Origin: a virus
Lineage: Duplodnaviria > Caudoviricetes
DNA length: 64,000 nucleotides
Virus record (IMG/VR): IMGVR_UViG_2724679183_000002
Location: 64,001-128,000 of that record
Strand: one strand, 5' to 3'
The translations under genes were made by a program, and so were the position numbers. Every line of letters begins with the position of its first letter. The first letter of the stretch is position 1. Under the pieces are notes generated by a model. That model was not told the DNA's origin. It made no database searches and was given only the letters and a program-made list of their open reading frames with translations. This document shows positions 1 through 10,254 of the stretch, in pieces.

Positions 1-1046
1 AGGGTGAAACGCTCTATAAACTGGACTCATTACACAAACATTTAGCGGATAACAATGATATTGTGACAACTCACGCTTTGTTCAGTATGGCTAATGAAAC
101 AACAAAAGAATTGATTTATTCGGGGAATTATACGCTTGTACTTGATGAAACAATGGAAGTAGTAAAGAAATTAAATATATCTAAAGATGATTTGGATATG
201 CTGTTTCAAAATGAATGGATTAAGAATCAAAACGGAATAATCATATGGAATGATGATCAAGAAAAGAATCTTAATAGGGAGTATAGAGGAGAATTCCAAA
301 CGCTTAAACAGTTAGCCAAGAGTAATAATTTAATTCTGCACAATGATTCTGTACTTTTTTGGCAATTCCCAGCTGACATTTTTACTCAATTTAAGCAAGT
401 ATACAACCTTACATATTTGTTTGATGCGCAGATACAGAAATATTATTATGATATTCATGGATTTGAATATGAACTTTATGCCGTAGTTAAAGACAATCAC
501 AGCTACAAATTGATGCGGCACAAGAAGCAGTTTGATAAAGCAAAGAAGGATAAACTTAAGAATAAAATTAGAATATATGAAGGTGATTTAAATAAAATCG
601 GTGATGACTATTACGCATTATCAAAAACGTGGTTTGAAAAACGGTCAGTGTTACATAAAAGACTAAAGAATAACATACTTAATTATTATCAAAACATCAT
701 TAAATCAAAGTCTAAGGACAATCTATGGACAACGTTTAAATCACATAAGAGCAAGCTAAGTGGTAAAGGATATACAAAAGGGTTTTTAGCCTGTAACATC
801 AAGGCAACAAACGAATACAGCCATAAGAAAACATTAGTTTATTCAATAAATAGGTTTGTCAATCCTGCAATTGACGATTACTTTAGATCAAAGGGAATTG
901 ATATTAACGAAGATAATTTTGCACTTTCTGAAATGATTCAATGGATATGGAGATCAGCAATAAGAAATGGTCAAAATATCGACATTTATGTTCCTTCATC
1001 ACGAATGAGAAAGCTGTTAAAAGATTGGCTTGAAAACAAGATATAA
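1..1046 (+). CDS. yonV: YonV-like helicase/replication-initiator-type protein, 5' end outside the window
   Basis: Frame is open from the window start; THALF...YTLVLDE (Walker B-like) and SEMIQWIWRSAIR motifs resemble recalled SPbeta YonV. Confidence 0.7.
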   Translation, partial: GETLYKLDSLHKHLADNNDIVTTHALFSMANETTKELIYSGNYTLVLDETMEVVKKLNISKDDLDMLFQNEWIKNQNGIIIWNDDQEKNLNREYRGEFQTLKQLAKSNNLILHNDSVLFWQFPADIFTQFKQVYNLTYLFDAQIQKYYYDIHGFEYELYAVVKDNHSYKLMRHKKQFDKAKKDKLKNKIRIYEGDLNKIGDDYYALSKTWFEKRSVLHKRLKNNILNYYQNIIKSKSKDNLWTTFKSHKSKLSGKGYTKGFLACNIKATNEYSHKKTLVYSINRFVNPAIDDYFRSKGIDINEDNFALSEMIQWIWRSAIRNGQNIDIYVPSSRMRKLLKDWLENKI

Positions 1047-1084
1047 ATAAGGCGTATGAAAAAAAAAGCAATAAATCGTTTTTG

Positions 1085-1234
1085 AAACCCTTGATACATA
1101 AGGGTTTGAAGGGGGTCTCTCGTAGAAGAAAAGAGGTAAATAATTTAATAAATAAAATAAGAGAATGGGGGTGCTGCTAATTGTTCAAAACGGTTCGTAC
1201 CTCACCTGAACAATTTTTGCTCACACCACCCCCA
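1085..1234. repeat. Structured non-coding element: AAACCCTT-N7-AAGGGTTT and nested inverted repeats TGGGGGTG/CACCCCCA and ATTGTTCA/TGAACAAT
   Basis: IR arms at 1085-1092/1100-1107, 1166-1173/1227-1234 and 1180-1187/1207-1214. Confidence 0.7.
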
Positions 1235-1323
1235 AACCCCCTCATGAGCAATCATATTTAATCATATAAAAATAAAAAATATGTATATAATTTGTTGAAT
1301 TATTAAAGTGATCAGTATATAAT

Positions 1324-2226
1324 GTGATTATAAAATATAAAAAATATAAATTAAAGAGGAGAATACATAACATGAAGAATACCAATCTATATTTAATCAA
1401 GGAAAGTGAAAGAGAGCAGTACATGGATCGAATTGATGTCTTGAACAAAGTGAAAAAGTTAAAGATGCTAGGTGACAAAAAACATACTTCAATAAAATTC
1501 TTGTCAGAGTATTTCGGAATGAAAGTTCCTACATTAACTACATACATCCACAGAAATAATGAGGTTTTGGTTGAAGATGGACTAAAGAAACTAGAAGGAT
1601 TAGAGCTTGAAGGGTTTAAGCATAAATATAATATGCCTGGGAAGTTCATTAAGCTATATATCGTTCCTAAAAGAGCAGTCTTAAGATTGGCAATGATCCT
1701 TAAGAATTCAGATACAGCCATTAAGGTAAGAAAAGAACTCACAGACCAGGAGGAAGGTGATCAACAAGAAATTGTTCCAGCAGTTTTTCATGGAAGAAAA
1801 GAAGTTGTTGCGCCTCCTTCAAATACAAATGTGATTAAGGAAATGATGAAGTCGAACAATATGCAAATTCTACATGAAGTGAAGAATTTGTTAACACCGA
1901 TCTTTAATATGCAGCAATCTGTGCAAAACATGACAGAAACCTCAACAAAAGAAATCTTTGATCTTAAAAACGAAATTTTGTCTTTGAAACATGAAAAGAC
2001 CGGAACGAACAAACTGTTAGCTGATAAAGACGACAAGATCAATAAACTTAGCAACAAAGTAAAAAGCCAGAAGAAAAGAATAGACAAGCTTCAAGAGCTT
2101 ATAGCAAGTGAGTTGATTGATCATGATGAAGATGGTTCCAAATCAACAAAAGCGAAAAAAGAGGACAACCCTTTAAAAAACATAAAACTAAAAATGGATC
2201 GAAATGGTAATTTAGAAAGGATGTAA
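1324..2226 (+). CDS. Phage DNA-binding/antirepressor-like protein with coiled-coil C-terminus
   Basis: 300-aa ORF; an RBS (GAGGAG) precedes the internal Met (MKNTNL), the likelier start; N-terminal HTH-like region, heptad-rich C-terminus. Confidence 0.6.
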   Translation: MIIKYKKYKLKRRIHNMKNTNLYLIKESEREQYMDRIDVLNKVKKLKMLGDKKHTSIKFLSEYFGMKVPTLTTYIHRNNEVLVEDGLKKLEGLELEGFKHKYNMPGKFIKLYIVPKRAVLRLAMILKNSDTAIKVRKELTDQEEGDQQEIVPAVFHGRKEVVAPPSNTNVIKEMMKSNNMQILHEVKNLLTPIFNMQQSVQNMTETSTKEIFDLKNEILSLKHEKTGTNKLLADKDDKINKLSNKVKSQKKRIDKLQELIASELIDHDEDGSKSTKAKKEDNPLKNIKLKMDRNGNLERM

Positions 2227-2231
2227 AGACA

Positions 2232-3158
2232 ATGGCAAACGAATTATTAACAGAGTTCAAATATGATTTAGTCGATCAATCAACAGCTGATTTCCTTAAA
2301 CAAAAAGAATTTAACATGCGTGAGATTGTCGGTAAAGCTTATACCAAGCTAGGAAGGGAACTGAAGGAAGCCCAGGAGCATTTAGCAAGTCACAACAAAT
2401 ATCAAGGGGTTTTTGAAAAGTGGTTTAGATCTATCGGGTTAAAAAGGGATGCCGTTTGGCGATTAATTAACAGATATGATCTCATCGCAAATTGCGACAA
2501 CATCGAAAAAGGACTTCTTGAAGACCTGCCAGTATCTCTAACATATGAAATAGCTAAACCTTCATCAGAATCAACAGAGTCAAAGAAACAAGCTAAGAAA
2601 GCAGTCTTAAATGGAGAAGTCAAGACATTAAAGGAATACAAAGAGCTTGAAGCTAAATTGAGGAAAGCTGAAGAGGATAATAAGAATCTTAGTTATGAAT
2701 TAAGCCAAGAAAAGAAGAACAGGACAGTTGTTGAAAAAGTCATTGATAACACTGACTACAAACAAATAGATACATTAAAAAAAGAATTAGAGTATAAAAA
2801 CAAAAAATATGAAAACTTATCCAAACAAAAAATGATCTTAGAGCAACAACTTGAAAGGAGTGATGTGAAAGTAAAAGAATACGAGGAGCTGACTAACAAA
2901 TTAAAGGCTGTAACAAGAGAAAAGGATGATTTAGGGAGACAAGTTGAGGCTACTTCAGAGCTTTCTGAAATGGCTTGGGAGATTGAAAAAGTACTAAAAG
3001 ATAGCTTAGCGCCTGTAAAGTATGCAAAGGCCATTAGGGATATGAGTGACAATCAAATTATAATGAACAATCTTGATTCTGTAATCGGACATGTGGAATC
3101 ATGGTGCAAAGAAATGAGAAAAATTATGAATAAAAATAATATTATTGAGGTGGTTTAA
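2232..3158 (+). CDS. DUF3102-like coiled-coil phage protein
   Basis: LGRELKEAQEHL...GVFEKWF motif typical of DUF3102-type proteins. Confidence 0.55.
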   Translation: MANELLTEFKYDLVDQSTADFLKQKEFNMREIVGKAYTKLGRELKEAQEHLASHNKYQGVFEKWFRSIGLKRDAVWRLINRYDLIANCDNIEKGLLEDLPVSLTYEIAKPSSESTESKKQAKKAVLNGEVKTLKEYKELEAKLRKAEEDNKNLSYELSQEKKNRTVVEKVIDNTDYKQIDTLKKELEYKNKKYENLSKQKMILEQQLERSDVKVKEYEELTNKLKAVTREKDDLGRQVEATSELSEMAWEIEKVLKDSLAPVKYAKAIRDMSDNQIIMNNLDSVIGHVESWCKEMRKIMNKNNIIEVV

Positions 3159-3159
3159 T

Positions 3160-3762
3160 ATGGCGATTAATGAACTGGAATTGAACAAAATGTCAAACGG
3201 AGAAATTGATATGCTCATGGACAAGGTATTAAGTTTAAAAGTGAATAGATTAAGTGAAGATTTTATAAAAATGGCTGATAAACAAAAAGAGCTGGAGCTA
3301 CAAGTTGAGCAGTTGTCTTTAAAAGAAAGTGAAAATGCAGAAGAAATTTCAAAGATGGAAGGCAAATTTAAAGAATATGATGAAACATTCTTTACCTTCC
3401 AACATGATAAATCAGGAAAATTTATGGAGTTTAAAAATGCTGCTAAAAGTAGAGTGTTTGATTATGTAAAGCCAATTGGCAGTCCAGAGCACCTTTTATT
3501 TTATAGAGGGTTGTTGATGCAATGCTATGGAAAAGTATCTGAAGCTCTAAATGTACCTAATACTTCGAGTATTAACATTAACGACTTTGAAGCTGCTTTG
3601 AAAATTGTTAAAAGATGGACGCCGAGCAGAAAATATATTGACAAGAAAATTAACGAATACATAGCTATGCATGAAAATAATTCACTTCAACAAGAGAAAG
3701 TCAATGCTTTATTTACATATTTAGAAAAAACAGAAGAGGGAACAAAAGGGGGAATTATTTAG
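3160..3762 (+). CDS. ORF6C-like phage protein
   Basis: GAGGTGG RBS before ATG 3160; C-terminal ALNVPNT..I...DFEAALKIVKRWTP resembles the ORF6C domain. Confidence 0.5.
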   Translation: MAINELELNKMSNGEIDMLMDKVLSLKVNRLSEDFIKMADKQKELELQVEQLSLKESENAEEISKMEGKFKEYDETFFTFQHDKSGKFMEFKNAAKSRVFDYVKPIGSPEHLLFYRGLLMQCYGKVSEALNVPNTSSININDFEAALKIVKRWTPSRKYIDKKINEYIAMHENNSLQQEKVNALFTYLEKTEEGTKGGII

Positions 3763-3763
3763 A

Positions 3764-5560
3764 ATGACTTTAAAGTTTAACAAACAACAATTAGAAGCGA
3801 TTAATTTTTATAAAGGAGCTTGCGCAGTCATTGCAGGGGCAGGGAGCGGTAAAAGCACCGTTCTCCTTAACCGTGTTAAAACATTGGTGAGGGATTACGG
3901 TGAAGATCAAGAGGATATTTTAGCTATCAGTTTTACGCGTAATACTGCAAATGAGCTTAAGAAGAAATTACATAAGCAGAAATTAACTAGTGTGAATGTA
4001 GGTACATTTCATTCAGTATGCCGCAACATTCTTCTCAAAGAGGGAATTGAAATTAACGAGAAAAATACGATTAAAGAATGGCAGCGAGAAAACTGTTTTA
4101 AATCACTTGAAGAGAAACCAGACATTAAAGACATTACGAGTTTCATCAGCTACCAAAAGAACTTTTTAAGGGGGTACACAGACGAGTTTTTAATTAAAGA
4201 GAGTAAATATACTGAGGAGCAATTACGTCTCTTCTATAAGGAGTATGAGGCTTTTAAATCCAAAAACGGACTGTACGATTATGATGATTATTTATTGGAG
4301 TGTTACAAGGTGCTAAAAAACAATAAACATAAGTATACGTATGAATTTATTCTTGTAGACGAGCATCAAGATTCTAACTTAGTACAAAATCTCATTTTAA
4401 AAGAACTTTGCGCCTCTGGGAATATATTCTGCTTATTCGATTATAGACAAGCTATTTACACATTTAGAGGCGGTAATACTGAGTATTGTATGGAGTTTGA
4501 AAAGGATTGGGAAAACGCCACTGTTATTAACCTAGATACAAATTATAGATCAAATAAAAACATAGTTGATAACGCAAACAGTTTTATCAAGGAATACTAC
4601 GGTGACTATGAACATTACGCAGACTCCATCCCTAATATTCATAACAATGGCGAAATTCAGATACTAACGTATCAGGACAGAGAAGCAGAAGGTCTGAATA
4701 CAGCTGATAAAATTGAAACATTGCTTAAAGCCGGTGAAAAACCATCAGAAATTTGTGTCCTTTATAGATTAAACTCTCATTCTAGCTATGTTGAGAATGA
4801 ACTAAAAAGGCGTGAAATTGAATATGATATTACTAACAATGGGAGCTTTTTCAAGAGAAAAGAGGTAAAAGGAATTGTAGCTTATTTAAGATTAATTCGT
4901 GATCCACATGATGATGCAGCCTTTCGAGATATTTTCACACTAAGGAATGATCCATTTCGTTATTTTAGTAATAAGAATTTAAAAGATGTTGAGTCATTTG
5001 CCGGACAAACAAATATGTCCCTATATGAGGCCATGTTAAATTTGAGATTTGATCGTCCGACTCAAAACGATAATGTCTTGAAATTCCAAAGTATGATTAA
5101 TAAACTCCAAATGCAAGTGCTTAAAGGGATTGCCGTAGAAGAATTGATCGACAATGTAGTTAAAACTTTCAGAATGAATGATTACATAGAAGAGAAATAC
5201 CTCGATGAAGATGAGATAACTGACAGAAAAGAATCTCTCAATACCATGAAGAAATTTGTTAAGAATAATAACTTAGAGCAGTTCATTAATTTTGTATACG
5301 GCAGCAAGCCAAGTAAAAAGAAAAATGAAAATGCCGTACGATTAATGAGTATTCACGCAAGCAAGGGTCTAGAATTTAAACATGTGTTCTTAATTGGGAT
5401 TGAAGATGGTAAGTTTCCTCATAGAAAAAGCGATCTTTTAGACGAAGCAAGATTATTTTATGTCGGTGTAACAAGACCTAAGGAGAGCCTGTATCTTAGT
5501 CAAATTGGTCACTGTAATATGTTTTTTGATGAGTATAGGCAACAGGAGCTTGTTTGTTAA
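3764..5560 (+). CDS. UvrD/PcrA-family SF1 DNA helicase
   Basis: AGAGSGKS Walker A, LVDEHQD, QAIYTFRG, TNYRS, SIHASKGLEF, RLFYVGVTR. Confidence 0.95.
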   Translation: MTLKFNKQQLEAINFYKGACAVIAGAGSGKSTVLLNRVKTLVRDYGEDQEDILAISFTRNTANELKKKLHKQKLTSVNVGTFHSVCRNILLKEGIEINEKNTIKEWQRENCFKSLEEKPDIKDITSFISYQKNFLRGYTDEFLIKESKYTEEQLRLFYKEYEAFKSKNGLYDYDDYLLECYKVLKNNKHKYTYEFILVDEHQDSNLVQNLILKELCASGNIFCLFDYRQAIYTFRGGNTEYCMEFEKDWENATVINLDTNYRSNKNIVDNANSFIKEYYGDYEHYADSIPNIHNNGEIQILTYQDREAEGLNTADKIETLLKAGEKPSEICVLYRLNSHSSYVENELKRREIEYDITNNGSFFKRKEVKGIVAYLRLIRDPHDDAAFRDIFTLRNDPFRYFSNKNLKDVESFAGQTNMSLYEAMLNLRFDRPTQNDNVLKFQSMINKLQMQVLKGIAVEELIDNVVKTFRMNDYIEEKYLDEDEITDRKESLNTMKKFVKNNNLEQFINFVYGSKPSKKKNENAVRLMSIHASKGLEFKHVFLIGIEDGKFPHRKSDLLDEARLFYVGVTRPKESLYLSQIGHCNMFFDEYRQQELVC

Positions 5561-5612
5561 TAATCTAAGTGAAATGCATATTTTATCAAGCTTAAAAATG
5601 GGGGCAAGGAAA

Positions 5613-5870
5613 ATGAATAATAAAGAAACATTTCTAAAGATCGTTGATATTGCAAAAAGAGCAGAAGAAAAGAATTTACTAATGTTCGACAGAATGTCCT
5701 TAATTATGGATTTAAAATGTGTAAATGAAGAATTTAATCTAAGGCTCGAAGACCTATTGAACGCAGATGACTTCAATTTTTCTCATGATATACTCGGTAT
5801 TCAAAATAACCTCAATCGAGAAGAAAGAAAAATGGAAAATCTATTTGTGCCACGTTTTGCAACTTATTGA
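5613..5870 (+). CDS. Small phage protein (DUF6874-like)
   Basis: MDL...LRLEDLLNADDFNFSHDILGI...FVPRFA motif. Confidence 0.6.
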   Translation: MNNKETFLKIVDIAKRAEEKNLLMFDRMSLIMDLKCVNEEFNLRLEDLLNADDFNFSHDILGIQNNLNREERKMENLFVPRFATY

Positions 5871-6177
5871 TAACCTTGAAACAGTTCTTGGTGGGTTTGC
5901 TACTGCAAAAAGCCTAAACGATTTGTTGAGTTTGAACGGAAAAACAACTCTTAAACAGAATGGAGAGAATGAAATGAAAGCATCAAAGTTAGGAATGTAT
6001 CCATTTACGCTTTTTGCTTACTTACTAGATGATAAAGGTAGAGTGATAGAAGAGGTTGAATGGGGAGAATTTAATGATTTAAATGAAGCACATAGAGAAA
6101 TAAAGGAATATCAAAATGAAAAATTAAAATTTCAAATTGCATAACAACAAATATACACAGAACGGCGGCGGAAATAA

Positions 6178-6429
6178 ATGAAAAGATATACAGGTAAAAC
6201 AATGTTGGCTATGGTCTTCGGTTGGGATAATAGCGACATGGCAGAGTGTCAATATAAATCGGGTAGAACTGATAGGCCAGTATTCGTAATAAATGAAGAT
6301 TATTACTGTGCTGTTAAGATAGGACAGAAACCTGCAAAGAATTATGAAGGCATTGAATGGGATTGGGGGAAAGTGGAATCTTCCTTTGCAGAGTCGAATG
6401 GTTGGCAAGTTTGGAAAGCAAAAGGTTAA
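6178..6429 (+). CDS. Hypothetical phage protein
   Basis: 83-aa ORF with RBS-like GGCGG. Confidence 0.55.
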   Translation: MKRYTGKTMLAMVFGWDNSDMAECQYKSGRTDRPVFVINEDYYCAVKIGQKPAKNYEGIEWDWGKVESSFAESNGWQVWKAKG

Positions 6430-6453
6430 AAGATTTTATAGAAAGGAAGATTA

Positions 6454-6654
6454 TTGATGGGGAAAAATAAACTATTTAGTGAGGAAACCGTAACTGTTGA
6501 CAATTGCCAATGCGTATATTGTGGTCATGTATTCAATGGTCGTAACGCTTGCAACGCTAATATGGACGTGCATACTGTTACGTGTCCAGAATGCAAAAAG
6601 GATATGGATGTTTATCTATCTATAGAGTATATATGTAGACCGTCAGAGGATTAA
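6454..6654 (+). CDS. Small zinc-ribbon protein
   Basis: CVYC...CPEC, AAAGGA RBS. Confidence 0.6.
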   Translation: MMGKNKLFSEETVTVDNCQCVYCGHVFNGRNACNANMDVHTVTCPECKKDMDVYLSIEYICRPSED

Positions 6655-6738
6655 AAACCTAGTTCGTATATTTAAGATAAAACAACAATTTCAATTGAAT
6701 ATGATCAGATTATACTATGAAAAGGTGAGGAATTAAAC

Positions 6739-6984
6739 ATGACAAACATGAGAAATGATCAAATGAGAGAGAAAATTCGATATATGCTTCATGCTAAATA
6801 TGAAGATGGGGGAATACTTGAGTTTAACGAATTTGATAATTTGTTACATGATTTGTTGATTTCTGACTTGTTGGATTTGTTCCCAAAGAAGGCTCTTAAA
6901 GTACTCCTAGACTCTATTGAAGATATACACGAATCTATGGACTCTGGCTCTAGCATTGTTAGAAGATTTAACGATAAATATTGA
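6739..6984 (+). CDS. Hypothetical protein bounded by boundary sites 6678 and 6997
   Basis: 81-aa ORF, GAGG RBS. Confidence 0.6.
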   Translation: MTNMRNDQMREKIRYMLHAKYEDGGILEFNEFDNLLHDLLISDLLDLFPKKALKVLLDSIEDIHESMDSGSSIVRRFNDKY

Positions 6985-7023
6985 TATGAGTTCAAATAAA
7001 ACAGCGATTTTAAGGAGTGTTGA

Positions 7024-7323
7024 TTGGTGTATACAGTTGGATTATCGTACGATGTTCAAACAGAATTGATTTATTTAAAAAATTGGAACAGAGAAATTAA
7101 AGAAGCATTAGAAACAATTACTCTTTATGGTGATGAAAGTGTAGAGTTTGTTTTTAAAGGAAAACCGGTTGAAACTTTGTACGAATTTTCAAGTCTTAAA
7201 GATAAGCTTGATGACTTTGAAAAGAATGATTTGTTTAGCACTTACTTCTCGGAAGACCAAAAGGAATATGTTGAAAAGCTTTTCAAGCTTTTGAAAGAAA
7301 ATTTAATTGATGAAGAAATCTAA
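7024..7323 (+). CDS. Hypothetical phage protein
   Basis: AAGGAG RBS directly after site 6997. Confidence 0.6.
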   Translation: MVYTVGLSYDVQTELIYLKNWNREIKEALETITLYGDESVEFVFKGKPVETLYEFSSLKDKLDDFEKNDLFSTYFSEDQKEYVEKLFKLLKENLIDEEI

Positions 7324-7331
7324 ATAAAAAC

Positions 7332-7574
7332 ATGTCTTATAAAGTAATCTGGGGAGTGGTTAAGCAATTGAATACCATGGAAGATCAAATACACGACTGT
7401 TTCGTAGATGCTTATAGAAGAGTGCCAAATAAATCTGAAATACAAACTATTGCTAAGATTTTGCCTGTAGGAATTAAATCTCTTGCTGAAGAGTGGGGTT
7501 GGGATGATACAGAGGTGAGAGATGGTTTGTTTGGTTACATAAAGAAATTGAAAGCTGAGGAGGTTATAAAGTGA
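7332..7574 (+). CDS. Hypothetical phage protein
   Basis: 80-aa ORF (EEWGWDDTEVRD motif). Confidence 0.5.
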   Translation: MSYKVIWGVVKQLNTMEDQIHDCFVDAYRRVPNKSEIQTIAKILPVGIKSLAEEWGWDDTEVRDGLFGYIKKLKAEEVIK

Positions 7575-7789
7575 ACACAAAAGAACTTAGGGATTTTATG
7601 ATTGATGTTAGTGAAAATGGAATAGGGGAATTGGCCAAAAGTGCTGCGGAAAATGTTTTTAGAAGAGTAGACAAAACGAGTGAAGACGATTTAGTTATCA
7701 CAAGTGCAATAGCTAAGAAAGCGTTTGTTGATGCTTTTGATATCGAGTATGAAAGACTTTTTATAATGACCGATGCAGACAATAACTGA
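7571..7789 (+). CDS. Hypothetical phage protein
   Basis: GGAGG RBS, 4-nt overlap with the upstream gene. Confidence 0.55.
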   Translation: MNTKELRDFMIDVSENGIGELAKSAAENVFRRVDKTSEDDLVITSAIAKKAFVDAFDIEYERLFIMTDADNN

Positions 7790-7836
7790 GATAAGCTTTT
7801 GATAAACAAAGTGATTTACTTAAAATAAGATGGTAA

Positions 7837-8253
7837 GTGGAGTGGTTGTTTGGGAAATTGAGAAGGGAGTTAATATTGGTGATATTAAGATATCTGGTTG
7901 TACTAGCGCTGTCGGCCATATGCGCCACATTGGTATATGTTATCACCCTGAATCAAGCTGAATATGTTCCTTATCTTATAATTAGTGGGATCATGTTGAC
8001 ATGTTATTTAATTTTTGAATTGCCATTGCAGCTTATCTTAAACCGAAAACCTAGAAGGTTCAATTTTAAATATCTCTTAATATACACAGTCTCTTCATTT
8101 GTTGTATGGCTAATCATGGCCGTTCTCTTTGAACCCTATAATCCAATAGGGTCAATATTAGCGAGTTATGAGATATATTTATTCAGCGTATTATTTGCTC
8201 TGATCTTTTGGCTTTGGGACTCTATTCTTGTACAAAAAGTTGCGGTTAAGTAA
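7837..8253 (+). CDS. UPF0715/YopD-like four-helix membrane protein
   Basis: Hydrophobic helices, LPLQL..RK motif and FWLWDS C-terminus. Confidence 0.65.
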   Translation: MEWLFGKLRRELILVILRYLVVLALSAICATLVYVITLNQAEYVPYLIISGIMLTCYLIFELPLQLILNRKPRRFNFKYLLIYTVSSFVVWLIMAVLFEPYNPIGSILASYEIYLFSVLFALIFWLWDSILVQKVAVK

Positions 8254-8327
8254 CTGAGCACTCTGAATAAAAACACCATTTCATGAAAAGTGGGTTCGGG
8301 CTGCCTCATGAGAACAGCCCTTTGCCA

Positions 8328-9419
8328 TTAGCTCGCAATCTTCGTTTTGACTGGTTTGTTTGTCTTAATACTACGTAATCTAAGAGCTGGTTTTTCCACT
8401 AATCTGTATGAAAGTAAGGCGACAGCAGCAGTAGCAGCGATCAGAAATATGATCAGAGGGTAATCAGACAATGTTTTATTAATTCCGGTATACAAAAAGA
8501 CATTGGTCATTACCATATGCCATATGAAAATTCCCATACTGATATCGTCTAACCGGTTTAGCTGCCACAATATCTTCGGCCCATTGTACCCGAACCAGAC
8601 GATTGCATAGCTTAGAGGCACAAACCATAAAAAGCTCCATAATGTACTGTTTATTGAGCTGAGATGTAAGGGGTCGGTTTTAAAGAATGAAAATAAAATA
8701 ACAGAAAATAAAAATAGAACGGTATGCTGCGGTAACTTGTTCCATGCTTTAGCCCAGAAGATACCCAAAGTGAAATAAAACATTTGTGGTAGGAAAGAAT
8801 GTAGGTACAGGCTACCGGTTATACTGTCAGGCGAGTATTTCAAAATTACGAAAGAAATCAGCACACTGAAAGCGGAAATAGCAAAAGAACAAAGAATCAT
8901 TTTCTTGAATCCGAAACGTTTATAAGACCAATAAAGAGCGGGTAACACTAGGTAAAAGCTAATTTGAACAGGAATTGTCCAAAGTGAATCGTTAAGGCGA
9001 CCTACGCCAATATGATGGAATATGTCAGGGAAGTATTGAGGGTATAACACAAGATTGCTAAGAAGCCATATCCAGTACTCTTTAGTAGTGAATACTGTGA
9101 ATGAAAGAGCTCCTAGAACAATTAACAGTACTGTGGAGACAATAGCATAGGTGTATACAGCGGGTGCGATTCTGATAATTCTGCTCCAGTAAAAATCGGT
9201 AACATTTTGTCCTTTGAGCTTGGATCTCTCATAAGAAGTGAAAAGAAAAAATGCACTTAGAAAAAAGAATATTGATATTCCAGTGTGAAATATTGCCTTA
9301 CTCTCTGGGGTATAACCAAAGACAGAAATGTTTAGATCTCTTGTAGCATGACCAATTAGCACACAAAGAGCAGCAAACAGCCTGATAACAAAGAAACAAT
9401 TAGAGTGTTTTACGTACAT
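8328..9419 (-). CDS. Acyltransferase-3 (OafA/OatA-like) integral membrane O-acyltransferase
   Basis: IRLFAALCVLIGH, FFFLSAF, RIIRIAP, SLWTI, SYRLVEKP motifs; about 10 TM segments. Confidence 0.88.
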   Translation of the reverse strand: MYVKHSNCFFVIRLFAALCVLIGHATRDLNISVFGYTPESKAIFHTGISIFFFLSAFFLFTSYERSKLKGQNVTDFYWSRIIRIAPAVYTYAIVSTVLLIVLGALSFTVFTTKEYWIWLLSNLVLYPQYFPDIFHHIGVGRLNDSLWTIPVQISFYLVLPALYWSYKRFGFKKMILCSFAISAFSVLISFVILKYSPDSITGSLYLHSFLPQMFYFTLGIFWAKAWNKLPQHTVLFLFSVILFSFFKTDPLHLSSINSTLWSFLWFVPLSYAIVWFGYNGPKILWQLNRLDDISMGIFIWHMVMTNVFLYTGINKTLSDYPLIIFLIAATAAVALLSYRLVEKPALRLRSIKTNKPVKTKIAS

Positions 9420-9577
9420 TAAATGAACCTCTTTCCTATACCATATAGCAAATAAGCAGCAAAGCTACTTACAAGCAGTGATGATTATATCATAAAACTG
9501 GAAGAATTGTTCTTTAAAATGAACTAAAATAAATATTTTTGTTCTCTATAAAGGCTATTCGTGTAATTTAGGAGATT

Positions 9578-9626
9578 TAGATACTTATAAATACATGTAG
9601 ATACTTATAGATACATGTATATCTAG
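9578..9626. repeat. Four tandem 10-bp repeats (TAGATACTTA TAAATACATG TAGATACTTA TAGATACATG) in a divergent promoter region
   Basis: Read directly from the sequence. Confidence 0.8.
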
Positions 9627-9723
9627 CTATATCATGAAGAATACAGGCAATCGAGAAACTAATTGCCAGTTCGCTCTTCTTTATTCTCAAATGTTGTATA
9701 ATTTGGGAGAAGGGGGAGTGTAT

Positions 9724-10161
9724 ATGAAGAAGTTAGGTTTGAGTATTGCAACTGTTTTATTAACATGGTGTTTGAGTATCGGAACTGTTTCGGCCAAGAT
9801 TACAAAAGATGAGCATAAGGTCAGCTTTAAAATGACAGAGAATGAAACTGGTTTCTTTATGGCTGATAATACAAATGAGCGGTATTGGCCAACTAAGCTA
9901 GGATACAGGTTCACCATCTACAATGCAGAAGGATGTACATTGAATTTCAAACTTCAGAGAATTACGCTGGCTGGGTATGATTTTACCCTTAGTGAAAAGA
10001 ATTTCACGGGCAATCATTTAGACCTGAGCGCAATAGACAAGGTGGACGGTGATGCGAACAGAAACCATTACTTAAAGATAACAAAAGAATCCGGCTGCGG
10101 TGACGTATGGATTAAGGGTTTTTATGGATTTGAACATGACGAGCCGGATGAAGATTGGTAA
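9724..10161 (+). CDS. yoaW: Secreted YoaW-like protein
   Basis: Signal peptide MKKLGLSIATVLL...VSA; NAEGCT, FTGNH, GCGDV.IKG.YGFEH.EPD match recalled B. subtilis YoaW. Confidence 0.7.
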   Translation: MKKLGLSIATVLLTWCLSIGTVSAKITKDEHKVSFKMTENETGFFMADNTNERYWPTKLGYRFTIYNAEGCTLNFKLQRITLAGYDFTLSEKNFTGNHLDLSAIDKVDGDANRNHYLKITKESGCGDVWIKGFYGFEHDEPDEDW

Positions 10162-10254
10162 GCAGAATACATAGTCAAGGCATGTCCTTGACCTTTTTTA
10201 TGACAATGCTGATAATTATAAGTGATCATACTTAATGAATGCGAGGTAATAATA

